The notes beneath the pieces are model-generated. The model was given only the letters and a program-made list of their open reading frames with translations, was not told the DNA's origin and did not search any database. 64,000 nucleotides of DNA, taken from contig JAXGMI010000002.1 of assembly GCA_040768745.1 (NCBI GenBank), positions 96,001 through 160,000 on the forward strand. The letters are read 5' to 3'. Both the position numbers and the translations under genes were made by a program. How positions within the stretch are numbered: position 1 is the first letter of the stretch; every line of letters begins with the position of its first letter. Source of the stretch: Desulfomicrobium sp. Lineage in GTDB: Bacteria > Desulfobacterota > Desulfovibrionia > Desulfovibrionales > Desulfomicrobiaceae. Below are positions 9,058 to 19,527 of the stretch, piece after piece.

Positions 9058-9714
9058 ATGACGCAATTCGTCAAGAAAAAAGTTGAGGTCGAAGACGCAG
9101 AGGCGACCATGGTTTTCCGGCCCGGTCAATTCAAGCGCGAGCCCTTTTCTCTGGAAAAAAAGAACATTTTTCTGCTCGGCATGCGCGCCAGCGGCAAAAC
9201 CACCTTGGGCCGGGCCCTGGCCGTGGCACTGGGCTGCGACTGGGTGGACACCGACGCCCTGGTCGTCGAGGCCGCCGGGCGGAGCATCGAGGCCATCGTC
9301 GCCGCCGAGGGCTGGGACGGGTTCCGTCGGCTGGAGTCCGGGGCCCTGGCCAGTGCCGCCGGGCTGCCGGGCAAGGTGGTGTCCACGGGCGGCGGGATTG
9401 TCCTCTCGGAGGCCAACCGGGATCTCATGGGCAAGACCGGGGTCAGTTTCTATCTGGCCGCGGACGCGGGGTTGTTGGTTGGCCGGATGATGCGCGATCC
9501 CAACGCAGCCCAGCGACCTCCGTTGACTCCTCTGGACGTGCATGAGGAAGTCGTGGCCGTCATGACCGAACGCGAACCCCTGTACATGTCCAGCATGGAT
9601 CACCTGCTGCAGGCCAACCGGGCCGTGGAGGAGCTGGTGGACGACGTGCTCGTGGCCCTGGGGCTGAAGGAGTGGGACTACAGGCAAAAAGAGAGGGTCA
9701 TGGACCGCTATTGA
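9058..9714 (+). CDS. aroL: Shikimate kinase
   Basis: GGAGG RBS and ATG at 9058; GMRASGKTT, DTD, GWDGFR..E, STGGGIV, RPPL, REPLY. Confidence 0.88.
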   Translation: MTQFVKKKVEVEDAEATMVFRPGQFKREPFSLEKKNIFLLGMRASGKTTLGRALAVALGCDWVDTDALVVEAAGRSIEAIVAAEGWDGFRRLESGALASAAGLPGKVVSTGGGIVLSEANRDLMGKTGVSFYLAADAGLLVGRMMRDPNAAQRPPLTPLDVHEEVVAVMTEREPLYMSSMDHLLQANRAVEELVDDVLVALGLKEWDYRQKERVMDRY

Positions 9715-9732
9715 AAGTCTGGGGGGTATGCC

Positions 9733-11040
9733 TCAAATTCTGGCCACGGCCAGGAATACGGCATGCAGGGTTGTGACCAGGACGACGAAGAGCTGCCGGC
9801 TGCGTTGGGGATCAAGGCCTGCAAAGGCATAGCCGATGTGCGCGTGAAGGCATCGAGGCAGGCAGTCCCCGCACAGGGAGCAGGTCAGACCGGGCCGATT
9901 GCGATCCAAATCCGCCCGGGTCAGAGCGTTGTAGCGGCAGGCCGCGGCGCAGGCCCCGCAACGGGTGCAGCCGGCGTCGATGCGGATGCGCCAGGGCAGG
10001 ATCCTGCCCAGCAGGTTGTTGACGAGACCGACGGGGCACCAGGTTGTACAGTGGGTCATGGTGCCGGTCCGGCGGGACCACAGCAGCATGATCCCGACCC
10101 CGGCCAGGCCGAAGGCCGCGGCCAATCCTAGGGCCCAGATCCAGGGAATGTGCATGGCCCGCAACACCAGAGGTGTCAAAATGGTCGCGACGAGGATGGC
10201 CATACGCAATCGAGGGGCCCAGGCCGGCAGTGTTTTGGGCCGCCCAAAGTCCCAGCGGGCCAGACGGTCGTCCCAGGCCCCGATATAGCAGAGGTGGCTG
10301 CACCAGGCCGGGCCGACCAGGGCCAGGGAGACAGCCAGCAGGGTGAGCATGAAGAATCCTTCCCCACGGTAGATGGGCCCGGCCAGAATCAGGGCCGGCA
10401 CAGGCAGATGCAGCTTGCCGGTCATGAGGAACGCGGACCAGCCGGCCAGGCCCAAGGCCAACTGTCCGAAGAACACGGCCGAAAACAATGTCCAGATCCG
10501 TCCGCGCACCCTGTCTGCTCTGTTGCCGAGGAGCAGGCCGCCGATGGCTGCACCGTAAAGTGCGAAGGCAACTATCCAGAAGGAACCTGAATCCGGGAAG
10601 AAGCGCTCCCCCATGAGCAGGGGGATCTTTGTTGTGGCCCCGGCAAGGACCAGGGTTGCCGAAACCAGCACGAATATGGCCGTTTTTGACCAAGCCACAC
10701 CATCCAGGTCGCCGAAAAGCCTTCGTCCGGCTTGACCAGCAAGCAGGGCCAGGGCGGTCAGATGCGCCACGCACACTGAACCAAGGATTGCGGCCAGGCG
10801 TACCCAGGGCTGTCCGAGGCTGAGCCGCCATTGGACCAAGTTTGCAGCGTGGTCGACCCAGAGCAACGCTCCGCCCAGGGCTGCCATGCAGAGCAGAGGT
10901 CTGGGCAGGATGCGAGGCCAGGCAAGTGCAGTCATGGGCAGAACGCAGGGTACGGCGTCCCACAGGGTCCCGAAACGCAGAAAGTGGGCCGCCGTGGTCA
11001 GAGAGCACAGGGCCATAAGCACACGCAGCAGGGCGATCAT
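9733..11040 (-). CDS. Membrane 4Fe-4S-binding protein (NapH/RdxA-like)
   Basis: Multiple TM helices; WCSHLCY and HCTTWCP motifs; CxxCxxCxxxC ferredoxin motifs. Confidence 0.8.
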   Translation of the reverse strand: MIALLRVLMALCSLTTAAHFLRFGTLWDAVPCVLPMTALAWPRILPRPLLCMAALGGALLWVDHAANLVQWRLSLGQPWVRLAAILGSVCVAHLTALALLAGQAGRRLFGDLDGVAWSKTAIFVLVSATLVLAGATTKIPLLMGERFFPDSGSFWIVAFALYGAAIGGLLLGNRADRVRGRIWTLFSAVFFGQLALGLAGWSAFLMTGKLHLPVPALILAGPIYRGEGFFMLTLLAVSLALVGPAWCSHLCYIGAWDDRLARWDFGRPKTLPAWAPRLRMAILVATILTPLVLRAMHIPWIWALGLAAAFGLAGVGIMLLWSRRTGTMTHCTTWCPVGLVNNLLGRILPWRIRIDAGCTRCGACAAACRYNALTRADLDRNRPGLTCSLCGDCLPRCLHAHIGYAFAGLDPQRSRQLFVVLVTTLHAVFLAVARI

Positions 11041-11666
11041 GGTCGGACCTGCGCGTTGAAGTTTTCCTGTCCCATCCTTGTCACCAGATCCGCCAGGCGC
11101 AGGCCGGGACTGTAGTTTGCCATGAACATGTGCAGGGTGTTGCGGAGAACGGCAAGGGCCGCGGCCTGGGAAAGAAAGCCCAGCTCATGGGCCAGACGGG
11201 GGTGCCTTCCGAGCTTGCCGCCCAGCAACACGCGGTAGCCTTTTTGCCCAATGGCCAGACTTCCGGTAGGGCAGACCCGGGCGCAGGATGCGCAGCCGAG
11301 ACAGAGGGCTCTGTCCAAAACGATTTCTGGCTCAAGCCGCAGGGCCTTTTCAGCGCATGCCCCCACACACAGGCCGCAGGCCGAGCACGAGCCGGTATCG
11401 ACCTCGATGTGCGCGGCCCCGATGAGGCCGAAATCGGCGATGTGGGGCTGCGAGCAGCCATTGGGACAGGCGGATACGGCCGCGCGGAACTGGTGATGGT
11501 GGCGAATGGGGGACTGGCGTTGGATCAGAAACTCCGGCCAGCCCGAATCCCGGATGATTTTTTCCAAGTCAGGGGCCAGATCGTCGGTCGCGACAGCGTG
11601 GGGGCATTTGGGGCCCCGGCAGAATTTCAGGCCAAAGGACGGGATGATGGCATCAGGATGGATCAT
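11037..11666 (-). CDS. Nitrite/sulfite-reductase 4Fe-4S domain protein with inserted ferredoxin
   Basis: SACPNGCSQPHIADFGLIG, two ferredoxin motifs, LGGKLGRHPRLA; start placed at ATG 11666. Confidence 0.8.
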   Translation of the reverse strand: MIHPDAIIPSFGLKFCRGPKCPHAVATDDLAPDLEKIIRDSGWPEFLIQRQSPIRHHHQFRAAVSACPNGCSQPHIADFGLIGAAHIEVDTGSCSACGLCVGACAEKALRLEPEIVLDRALCLGCASCARVCPTGSLAIGQKGYRVLLGGKLGRHPRLAHELGFLSQAAALAVLRNTLHMFMANYSPGLRLADLVTRMGQENFNAQVRP

Positions 11667-11749
11667 GGAGCACGCATGCCATGGCCGGCAAAGGCAATCC
11701 TTGACTTGCGTCAAAATTCCTTTTTTCCTTGTATGCGGTTGTCCTGGGC

Positions 11750-12130
11750 TCAGGAGGTCTTGATGACCAGGGGAATGGCATGCAGGGATTTGGAGATTTC
11801 CCGGGTGGGAGACAGGGTCCAGGAGGCCATGGGCGTGCCCAGCTGCCCGCACAAGGAGGCGGCCATTTTGTCCACGGCCAGCACAGGGTGCCGGGCAAAG
11901 ACCTGCGGCAGCCCGTAAGTCAAATTGCAGGCCAGGCACTTGCCTGGACGCTGGATCAGTTGAAAGGCAAAATGGAGTTCATGCCCCTTTTGCTCCTGGA
12001 AGCGGAGGCGGATATCGTAGGCTCCCTCTTCGGCGTCCCCGAACAGGGCGTCGAAGAATGCCGCGGTTTTGGAGGGGGGGAAGACGTCATCCAGGTAGGC
12101 AGGGGTGAAGATCTGGGCCGCATTGGTCAT
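11750..12130 (-). CDS. Conserved hypothetical protein
   Basis: RBS present; FFDALFGDAEEGAYDI and RPGKCLACNLTYGLPQVF..HP look like a conserved deltaproteobacterial family. Confidence 0.75.
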   Translation of the reverse strand: MTNAAQIFTPAYLDDVFPPSKTAAFFDALFGDAEEGAYDIRLRFQEQKGHELHFAFQLIQRPGKCLACNLTYGLPQVFARHPVLAVDKMAASLCGQLGTPMASWTLSPTREISKSLHAIPLVIKTS

Positions 12131-12255
12131 GGTTTTCTCCTGTACTTCCGGATTGTTCGAGAAATCCTACGCATGACGCCGGGTACAGGTCAAGTGGACA
12201 TCAATGCGGGGTGGCCGGAAATGAAGCATCAGTCACAGCATCAACCGGGGTCGGC

Positions 12256-12456
12256 ATGAATCAGCGCATGGAAAAACTGGAAATCCGGTATTCGTATCTC
12301 CAAAAAACGGTTGATGATCTCAGCACAGTTGTCATAGAGCAACAAAAAGAAATCCAGGAGTTGCGGCGGCTGGTCATTCTTCTGGGCAGCAAGCTCAGAG
12401 AAGTCTCTGCGTTGCAGAGCGAATCCGATCCTGATGAAAAGCCTCCACATTATTGA
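12256..12456 (+). CDS. slyX: SlyX family protein
   Basis: RMEKLEIRYSY...VIEQQKEI coiled coil; C-terminal EKPPHY. Confidence 0.85.
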   Translation: MNQRMEKLEIRYSYLQKTVDDLSTVVIEQQKEIQELRRLVILLGSKLREVSALQSESDPDEKPPHY

Positions 12457-12472
12457 GCAGGTTGGAGATCAA

Positions 12473-15208
12473 GTGCACACCACTTCCCATCAGACTCCGA
12501 CGGCGGACGACAAAGCCGGCTCCTCGACGGGTGAGGAGCGCTCCCTGCGGGCCATATTGCAGCAGATTGAGGCCCTTCCGTCCCTTCCCGCCGTGGCCAA
12601 CACCATTTTCGAGCAGGTCCTCAATCAGGATTTCGAGCATTCCAGACTGGCCCGCGTCATCGAGACCGATCCCGGGCTGACGGTCAAGATTCTTGATTAC
12701 TCCAATCGGGCCATCTATGCCGCCCGGGGAGAAGTCAACCAGGTGGAGCAGGGTCTGAACCGGTTGGGCAGCAGGGTCGTGCGGGCCTTGCTCTTGTCCG
12801 TGCTGATCAAGGATTCCCTCATCTGGGGCGACAAGGCCGCGGAAACCACCCAGGCCGGGTTGTGGAAGCACAGTCTGGCCACAGCCGTTTATGCGTCCCT
12901 CATCGCCGCCAAGTCCTTTCCTGTTCTGGCGGACGAAGCCTTTGCCGCTGGGGTCATGCACGACATCGGCCGTATTTTTCTGCAGCTCTATGTCAGTGAC
13001 GAATACGCGCAGGTCACGACCCACAAGGAAGAACTGTTCGAGTCCACTCTCGAGGCCGAACAGGCCGTTTTCAAGACAGACCACACGGCAGTGGGGCGGT
13101 GGATTGCCCAGAAATGGAAGCTTTCAGCAGCCATGGCCGATGTCATCTGGCTGCACCATCAATCCGCGCCCGCCTTGGGTGTGATGAAGGAGAACTCCAG
13201 CCTGGTGGCCATCGTGGCCTTGGCGAATCTCCTGGCCCATGCCACGCTCATGGATGAACCCAGGGCCATGGTCCGTGAGCATCAGCGCCAGAGCGGCCTG
13301 GTCGCCATGCTGGGCCTGACCGACAGGGATCTTCTCGCCATCCAGGCCGCTTTTGCCCCGGCATTTGCCGAACGGGCCGAACCGTTCGATCTGGAAGGCG
13401 ACCAGGTCGAGCTTTTTCTTTCCTCCCTGCAGAAGGCCAATCAGCATCTGCTGCGCATGAGTCTGGACCTGGACCAGATCAATACCCGCCTGGAGGACGC
13501 CAACCGTTTCACTGCCCTGGGATCCATGGTCGGACTGAAGATGAGCAAGGCCAGGGTGCCGGGTGACGTCTTTGAGTCCATAGCCTCCTGCATGCTGGAA
13601 TCGGCAGGGATCCGGGGCGGGTTCGTGTACTGGATCCTCCCGGGCGATCGGACCATGCAGGGGCTGATCTGGAACGGGAGTGGCAATCAGCGGCCGGTTT
13701 CCTACGCCCTGGATGGAGACGGACTTCCTGATTTGCACGGCGGCACGCCGTTGCCCGAGACCATCAAGTCCATCGTGCTTTCCCATCGCCAGCGGTACGG
13801 CGGGGCCTCGCTCATGGATTGGGAGTTGAGACTGAAGCAGTTCTTCGTGGTCAGCGGGTACTACATCTTCCCGCTGGTGGGCAGCGATTTTTCAGGCGAG
13901 ATGTGCATCCTGCGCTCCCAATCCAGGCCTCCCAAAATGACTCCCCAGGAATACATGGGCTACTCGCAGGTCACCTGCGTGGCTTCAGCCACCCTGGACC
14001 GGGTCAGGCTCTTTGACAATCTGCAGATCCGGGCTGACGAACTGTCCCATGCCTTGTGGAAGAATCAGCAGATCAATCTGCAGCTCCTGCAGACCGAGCG
14101 GCTGGCAGCGGTTGGGCAGCTGGCAGCGGGAGCAGCCCACGAGATCAACAACCCCCTGGCCATCATTTCGGCCCGCACCCAGCTGCTGGAAAACCGGGAA
14201 ATGGATGAGAAAAAACGCCGGGATCTGCGCCAGATCTCGCAGCAGATCGAGCGCATTTCATCTATCCTGCAAAGCCTGATGGGTTTCGCCCGGCCCAATG
14301 CCCCGCAGGTTGGCAAGGTCGATCTCAATGCCCTGCTGGCCAAGATCTGCGGGCTGGTGGAGTCGATCTTCCACACCCACCGCATCCCCATCGTCCAGCA
14401 ACTTGACCCGAATTTGCCCTTCATCCTGGCCGACTCCAACCAGCTGGAACAGGTCTTTCTCAATCTGTTCATCAACGCCCAGCACGCCATGGAGAAGGAT
14501 GGCGGGGTCCTCAGCGTTGTTTCCTCCTTCATGCCCGACAAAAAACGGGTTGCGGTGTCCGTGCGGGACACGGGCACAGGCATCGCACCAGAAAATCTCT
14601 CCCGCATTTTCGACCCGTTCTTTTCCACCAAAGCCGAAGGCAAGGGGACGGGCCTGGGACTGTCCACAGCCTACGGGATCATCACCAACCACTACGGTGA
14701 GATCAAGGTTGCCAGCGAACTGGGGAAAGGCACGGAAATGATTGTCATTCTGCCTGTGTCCACCCCCGTGACCGTTCCGGACAAGACAGCGGCCGTGGTG
14801 GAACCCGCAGCTTCGCCTCCTGAAACTGCGGAGGGGCGCATTCTGGTCGTCGATGATGAGCAGTACATCCGGGACGTCCTGACCGAGACCCTGCACGATG
14901 CGGGGTATGCGGTGGATACTGCCACCAACGGGGAGGAGGCGATGGTCAAGTTGCGGTCCGGATTCTACAACCTGATTCTGCTCGACATCCGGATGCCCAT
15001 CCATTCCGGATTGGACCTGCTCAAGGCCCTGGCCCGCAGCGGCTCGCATCCTCCCATCCTGGTCCTGACAGGACACGCTTCCTCGGAAGAGATTGACGAG
15101 GCGTTGCGTTTTGGGGCCAGCAAATGCATCCACAAGCCCTTCCACCTGAAGAGCCTGCTGGCCGAAATTGCCGGGATCATGCAGCCAGGCACGACCGCCA
15201 ACACCTGA
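12473..15208 (+). CDS. Hybrid sensor kinase: HDOD + HisKA/HATPase + receiver
   Basis: GGAG RBS and GTG at 12473; LPSLP..DPGLT..HS..MHDIG (HDOD); AHEINNPL, NLFINA, DTGTG, GTGLGL; VVDDE..LLD..KPF. Confidence 0.9.
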   Translation: MHTTSHQTPTADDKAGSSTGEERSLRAILQQIEALPSLPAVANTIFEQVLNQDFEHSRLARVIETDPGLTVKILDYSNRAIYAARGEVNQVEQGLNRLGSRVVRALLLSVLIKDSLIWGDKAAETTQAGLWKHSLATAVYASLIAAKSFPVLADEAFAAGVMHDIGRIFLQLYVSDEYAQVTTHKEELFESTLEAEQAVFKTDHTAVGRWIAQKWKLSAAMADVIWLHHQSAPALGVMKENSSLVAIVALANLLAHATLMDEPRAMVREHQRQSGLVAMLGLTDRDLLAIQAAFAPAFAERAEPFDLEGDQVELFLSSLQKANQHLLRMSLDLDQINTRLEDANRFTALGSMVGLKMSKARVPGDVFESIASCMLESAGIRGGFVYWILPGDRTMQGLIWNGSGNQRPVSYALDGDGLPDLHGGTPLPETIKSIVLSHRQRYGGASLMDWELRLKQFFVVSGYYIFPLVGSDFSGEMCILRSQSRPPKMTPQEYMGYSQVTCVASATLDRVRLFDNLQIRADELSHALWKNQQINLQLLQTERLAAVGQLAAGAAHEINNPLAIISARTQLLENREMDEKKRRDLRQISQQIERISSILQSLMGFARPNAPQVGKVDLNALLAKICGLVESIFHTHRIPIVQQLDPNLPFILADSNQLEQVFLNLFINAQHAMEKDGGVLSVVSSFMPDKKRVAVSVRDTGTGIAPENLSRIFDPFFSTKAEGKGTGLGLSTAYGIITNHYGEIKVASELGKGTEMIVILPVSTPVTVPDKTAAVVEPAASPPETAEGRILVVDDEQYIRDVLTETLHDAGYAVDTATNGEEAMVKLRSGFYNLILLDIRMPIHSGLDLLKALARSGSHPPILVLTGHASSEEIDEALRFGASKCIHKPFHLKSLLAEIAGIMQPGTTANT

Positions 15209-15224
15209 TTCCGTCCTGGTCACC

Positions 15225-16646
15225 ATGCAGCACTCCACATCCACACCGACATCCAGATCTGCTCACACGCGCATTCTGGCCCTGGCCAGCGGCAAGGGCG
15301 GAACGGGCAAGACCACGGTGGCCGTGAATCTGGCCCTGGCCCTGAACCGGGCGGGGCATACGGTCTGCCTCATCGACGCGGATTTCGGTCTGGCCAACGC
15401 CGAGGTCCACCTGGGTCTGCCTGCCCCGCTGAAGACCCTGGAGCATGTACTTTTCGAGGCGCTGCCATTGGAGGAGTGTCTGGTTCCGGTCCGTCCGGGA
15501 TTCGACCTCATCTCCGGCAGCAACGGCGTGGCCCGCATGGCCGAACTGGATCTGGAGGCCCGGCGGCGCCTGGTCCGGGAGTTCACGGCCCTGTCCGGCT
15601 ACGACTTTATCGTCCTGGACAATTCTCCCGGCATTTCCGCACAGGTCGTCTCCCTCTGCCTGGCCACGCGCGAAATTATCCTGATTCTCAATCCCGAGGC
15701 CGCCTCTCTTGTGGATGCCTACGCCTTGATCAAGGTCCTCAAGGAACACGGCCTGTGGTGGCCTCCCCTCGTGCTGGTCAACCGGGCCGAATCCGGGATG
15801 CAGGCCAAGCAGCTGTTCACCCGGTTCCAGGAAACTGTGCAGCAGTATCTGGGCCTCAAGCCTCTGTTCCTGGGGGTCATCCCCTTGGACAACACTGCGC
15901 GCAGGATGTCTGCGGCCGGCATGCCCTTTGTCACCCTGCGTGACGATCTCCCGGCGAGCCAGGCTGTCATGGGTGTGGCCAAGCTCCTGGTCGAGAGGCT
16001 GAACAAGGAATGGACCAGGAACGATCCGGCCGTTTTTTTCGAGAGCGTGGTTGTCCGCATGAAGCAGCGCCCGGAGTTCGGATTGACGGGCTTGCTGGGC
16101 AACCTGAGCGGGGTAGCCCCGTCCTCCTCCCAGCCCGATGTCTACATGGAACTGGTAGCCCTGATCGACAGGGCCTCAGCATTGTGCGAGAATTTGTTGG
16201 AAAATCCAGCCTACGCCTTTGTACGGGATCGCTTTGGGCTGGTGCGTCTGGCAGTGGACAATTTTCTCCACCCCTTGGACAGGCTGCGTTCGCCGCAGGG
16301 GTCAGGCAAACATCGCATTCTCGTCCTTTCCAACCATGAGCAGATGAGGACCATGCTCAAAGAAATCGTGACCGAGATGGGCTATGACGCGGAGGTCTGC
16401 ATGCCTGCCCATGGCGGCGTTGCGCAATCCCGGGGCACATGCAACCTCATGCTTGTTTCGTGTGACCGGCCGGAATCCCTGATCCGATCCACCCTGACCC
16501 AGATACCGGAACTCCCCCTTGTGTTGTTGACCGGGTTTGGCACGTCCAGTCTGGAAAGGGAATTTCGCCACCGCACGGTGGCCGTGCTGCCCAGGCCTTT
16601 CCATGTGGACGAATTGCGCACGATCCTGCAGTCGGCCCTGCGTTAG
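15225..16646 (+). CDS. MinD/FlhG-like ATPase with C-terminal degenerate receiver domain
   Basis: SGKGGTGKT, DADFGLAN, DAYALIK; C-terminal REC-like fold lacking the acidic residues. Confidence 0.85.
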   Translation: MQHSTSTPTSRSAHTRILALASGKGGTGKTTVAVNLALALNRAGHTVCLIDADFGLANAEVHLGLPAPLKTLEHVLFEALPLEECLVPVRPGFDLISGSNGVARMAELDLEARRRLVREFTALSGYDFIVLDNSPGISAQVVSLCLATREIILILNPEAASLVDAYALIKVLKEHGLWWPPLVLVNRAESGMQAKQLFTRFQETVQQYLGLKPLFLGVIPLDNTARRMSAAGMPFVTLRDDLPASQAVMGVAKLLVERLNKEWTRNDPAVFFESVVVRMKQRPEFGLTGLLGNLSGVAPSSSQPDVYMELVALIDRASALCENLLENPAYAFVRDRFGLVRLAVDNFLHPLDRLRSPQGSGKHRILVLSNHEQMRTMLKEIVTEMGYDAEVCMPAHGGVAQSRGTCNLMLVSCDRPESLIRSTLTQIPELPLVLLTGFGTSSLEREFRHRTVAVLPRPFHVDELRTILQSALR

Positions 16647-16771
16647 CCTGTATCCCTCTTTACAATCCATGTCCCCTGGCATAACCATTTTGTCCTTCAT
16701 CAATCCCTTCATCGGGGATCGCCATTTTCCTGCGGAACTGGTGTGACGTTCAGCAGCCATCGGAAAAACAT

Positions 16772-18073
16772 ATGCGCAGAGATATCGAGCACGTCGGTTG
16801 GGGAAAACTGACCTACGAAATCCGGGCCATCGTGGCGGTGGCCCAGGATCTTCGCAATCTGGGCCTGGAGATCATCTGGGAAAACATCGGCGATCCCATC
16901 GAAAAGGGCGAGCAGGTGCCGGTATGGATCAAGGAGATCATCGCCGACCTGGCCATGGATGATAAATCATACGGATACTGCGCCACGCAGGGCATCCTGG
17001 AGACCCGCGAATTTGTGGCCCAACTGGTCAATCAGCGCGGCAGCTACCAGGTCACCTCCGACGATATCATCTTTTTCAACGGCCTGGGTGACGCCGTGGC
17101 CAAGATTTTCGGCTTTCTCAAGCGCGAGGCCCGGGTCATTGGACCGTCTCCGGCCTATTCGACCCATTCTTCGGCCGAAGCGGCCCATTCCGGATACGAA
17201 CACCTGACCTATGAACTGGACCCGAACAACGGCTGGATGCCGGACCTGGTCGATCTGGAGAACAAGGTCCGCTACAACGATTCCATCGCCGGCATCCTGT
17301 TCATCAACCCGGACAACCCCACGGGTGCGGTCTATCCCTGCGAGTTGATCGAGAAGATCGTGGATATCGCCCGCCGCTACAACATTTTTGTCCTGGCCGA
17401 TGAAATATACGCCAACATCGTGTACAGCGGCCAACCGACCTGCAGTCTGTCCGAGGTCATCGGCGAGGTGCCGGGCATGGCCCTGCGCGGGATTTCCAAG
17501 GAGTACCCATGGCCTGGGGGCCGCTGCGGGTGGATCGAGGTGTATAACAAGGACAAGAATCCGGACTTCAAGGCGTACATCAAGAGTCTGCTCAACGCCA
17601 AGATGCTGGAGGTCTGCTCCACCACCTTGCCCCAGCTCTCCATTCCGCTGGTTATGGGCGACCCGCGCTACAAGGCGCACCTGGACGCCCGGCGCAGGCT
17701 GTTCGAAAAGCGCGCCCAGGAAGCATGGGAAGCCTTCCAGGGTGTGTCCGGGATTCGGGTCATCAAGCCCCAGGGCGCCTTCTACATGGCGGTCATGTTC
17801 GAGGAAGGGGTGCTGAACGCCAATCAGACTCTGGACATCCAGAACCCCCGCGTGCGGGCCCACGTGAGGGAAATCGTCAAGGGCGTGGAGGTGGACAAGC
17901 GTTTTGTCTATTATCTCCTGGGCGCCACTGGTATCTGCGTGGTTCCCCTGACCGGCTTCTGCTGTAACCGCAAGGGATTCCGGGTCACCCTTCTGGAGAT
18001 GAACGACGAAAAGCGTCGTTACACATGGAAGACCATCGGGGAAGCCATTGCCCGCTACCTCGCTTCGGCCTGA
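16772..18073 (+). CDS. PLP-dependent class I/II aminotransferase (AlaA-like)
   Basis: YEIR, NIGDP, INPDNPTG, ADEIY, GISKEYPWPGGRCGW. Confidence 0.9.
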   Translation: MRRDIEHVGWGKLTYEIRAIVAVAQDLRNLGLEIIWENIGDPIEKGEQVPVWIKEIIADLAMDDKSYGYCATQGILETREFVAQLVNQRGSYQVTSDDIIFFNGLGDAVAKIFGFLKREARVIGPSPAYSTHSSAEAAHSGYEHLTYELDPNNGWMPDLVDLENKVRYNDSIAGILFINPDNPTGAVYPCELIEKIVDIARRYNIFVLADEIYANIVYSGQPTCSLSEVIGEVPGMALRGISKEYPWPGGRCGWIEVYNKDKNPDFKAYIKSLLNAKMLEVCSTTLPQLSIPLVMGDPRYKAHLDARRRLFEKRAQEAWEAFQGVSGIRVIKPQGAFYMAVMFEEGVLNANQTLDIQNPRVRAHVREIVKGVEVDKRFVYYLLGATGICVVPLTGFCCNRKGFRVTLLEMNDEKRRYTWKTIGEAIARYLASA

Positions 18074-18077
18074 TCTC

Positions 18078-18707
18078 ATGACCGAGGGTTCCAATGTTCG
18101 TTGGCTGGACTGGGCCAGAGAAATTCAGGCCCTGGCCCAGACCGGGCTGGCCTTCACCACAAGTCAGTACGACCGTCTGACCTTTGAGCGCCTGTCCGAG
18201 ATCGCGGCCGAGATCGTGGCCGGACATTCCCAGCTTGTATTCCCGGAAATCAAGCGCGTCTTTTCCCTGGAGCCTGGGTACGCGACGCCCAAAGTGGACA
18301 TCCGGGCTGCTGTCGTCCGTGACGGACGGATTTTGCTGGTCCGGGAGAAGGCTGACGGCAAATGGGCCATGCCCGGGGGATGGGCTGACGTGGGTGACCG
18401 TCCGTCAGAAACAGCCGAACGGGAAACACAAGAGGAAAGCGGGTTTGTGGTTCGGGCGGCCAAGCTCCTGGGCGCCTTTGACGCCAATCGCGGGGAGAAG
18501 GCCAGCGTGTTCTTCCATGCCGTGAAGCTCGTGTTTCTGTGCGAACTTCTGGGCGGTGAGGCCAATCCGAGCATGGAGACCCTGGCCGTGGATTTTTTTG
18601 ATTTCGACAACCTGCCGCCCTTGTCCGAGCACCGCACCAGCCTGCGGCTTCTGGATGAGGTCCGTGCGCATCTGGCCGACCCCCTGCGACCGGCTGCCTT
18701 TGACTGA
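18078..18707 (+). CDS. NUDIX hydrolase with N-terminal domain (YjhB-like)
   Basis: QALAQTGL..YD N-terminus, GYATPKVD, Nudix box GGWADVGD...RETQEESG. Confidence 0.9.
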   Translation: MTEGSNVRWLDWAREIQALAQTGLAFTTSQYDRLTFERLSEIAAEIVAGHSQLVFPEIKRVFSLEPGYATPKVDIRAAVVRDGRILLVREKADGKWAMPGGWADVGDRPSETAERETQEESGFVVRAAKLLGAFDANRGEKASVFFHAVKLVFLCELLGGEANPSMETLAVDFFDFDNLPPLSEHRTSLRLLDEVRAHLADPLRPAAFD

Positions 18708-18708
18708 C

Positions 18709-19527
18709 ATGCACGCTGAAACCTGTTCACTGCCCATTGGTGTTTTCGACTCCGGTATCGGCGGTCTGACCGTTCTCAAGGCCCTGACCGAGGCCCTGCC
18801 CCAGGAGAGCTTCGTCTATCTGGGAGACACAGCCCGTTTGCCCTATGGGACCAAAAGCGCGCGGTCCGTGACACGCTATGCCCTGCAGACCACGGCCCTG
18901 TTGAAGGACCGGGGGGTGAAGCTGCTGGTCATCGCCTGCAACACGGCCACAGCCATGTCTCTGGATGCCCTGCACGAGGCCTATCCCGACCTGCCTGTGG
19001 TGGGCGTGATCCGTCCCGGGGCCGCAGCCGCCTGCCGGGCCAGCAAGAGCGGCCGGATCGGCGTCATCGCCACGGAAAACACTGTGAACGGACGCAGCTA
19101 CGAACGCGAAATAGTGCGCCTGCGTCCTGATGCCCAGATTTTCGCCCAGCCCTGTCCGCTTTTTGTGCCTTTGGCCGAGGAGGGATGGTGCAATGGAGAA
19201 ATCGCCGAGCTCATCGCTACCCGCTACCTCGGCTCCATGGTTGAAAACACGGGCATCGACACCCTGGTCCTGGGCTGCACCCACTTCCCGGTCCTGTCCG
19301 AAGCCATCCAGAGCGTGGTCGGGCCGGACGTGACCCTGGTTGATTCGGCCTGGACGACTGCGGAATTCGTGCGGGATATGCTTGCCCGGAGGGACATCTG
19401 TTCCACCACCGCAAGTCGGACCCTGTCCTTTCTGGCTACGGACGGGGCGGAACGCTTTGCGCGCATCGGAGGGGTGTTTCTCGATCGTCCTCTGCAGGCC
19501 CAAGACGTGGAGATCGTGGACCTCTGA
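18709..19527 (+). CDS. murI: Glutamate racemase
   Basis: IGVFDSGIGGLTV, PYGTK, IACNTA, LGCTHFP. Confidence 0.96.
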   Translation: MHAETCSLPIGVFDSGIGGLTVLKALTEALPQESFVYLGDTARLPYGTKSARSVTRYALQTTALLKDRGVKLLVIACNTATAMSLDALHEAYPDLPVVGVIRPGAAAACRASKSGRIGVIATENTVNGRSYEREIVRLRPDAQIFAQPCPLFVPLAEEGWCNGEIAELIATRYLGSMVENTGIDTLVLGCTHFPVLSEAIQSVVGPDVTLVDSAWTTAEFVRDMLARRDICSTTASRTLSFLATDGAERFARIGGVFLDRPLQAQDVEIVDL

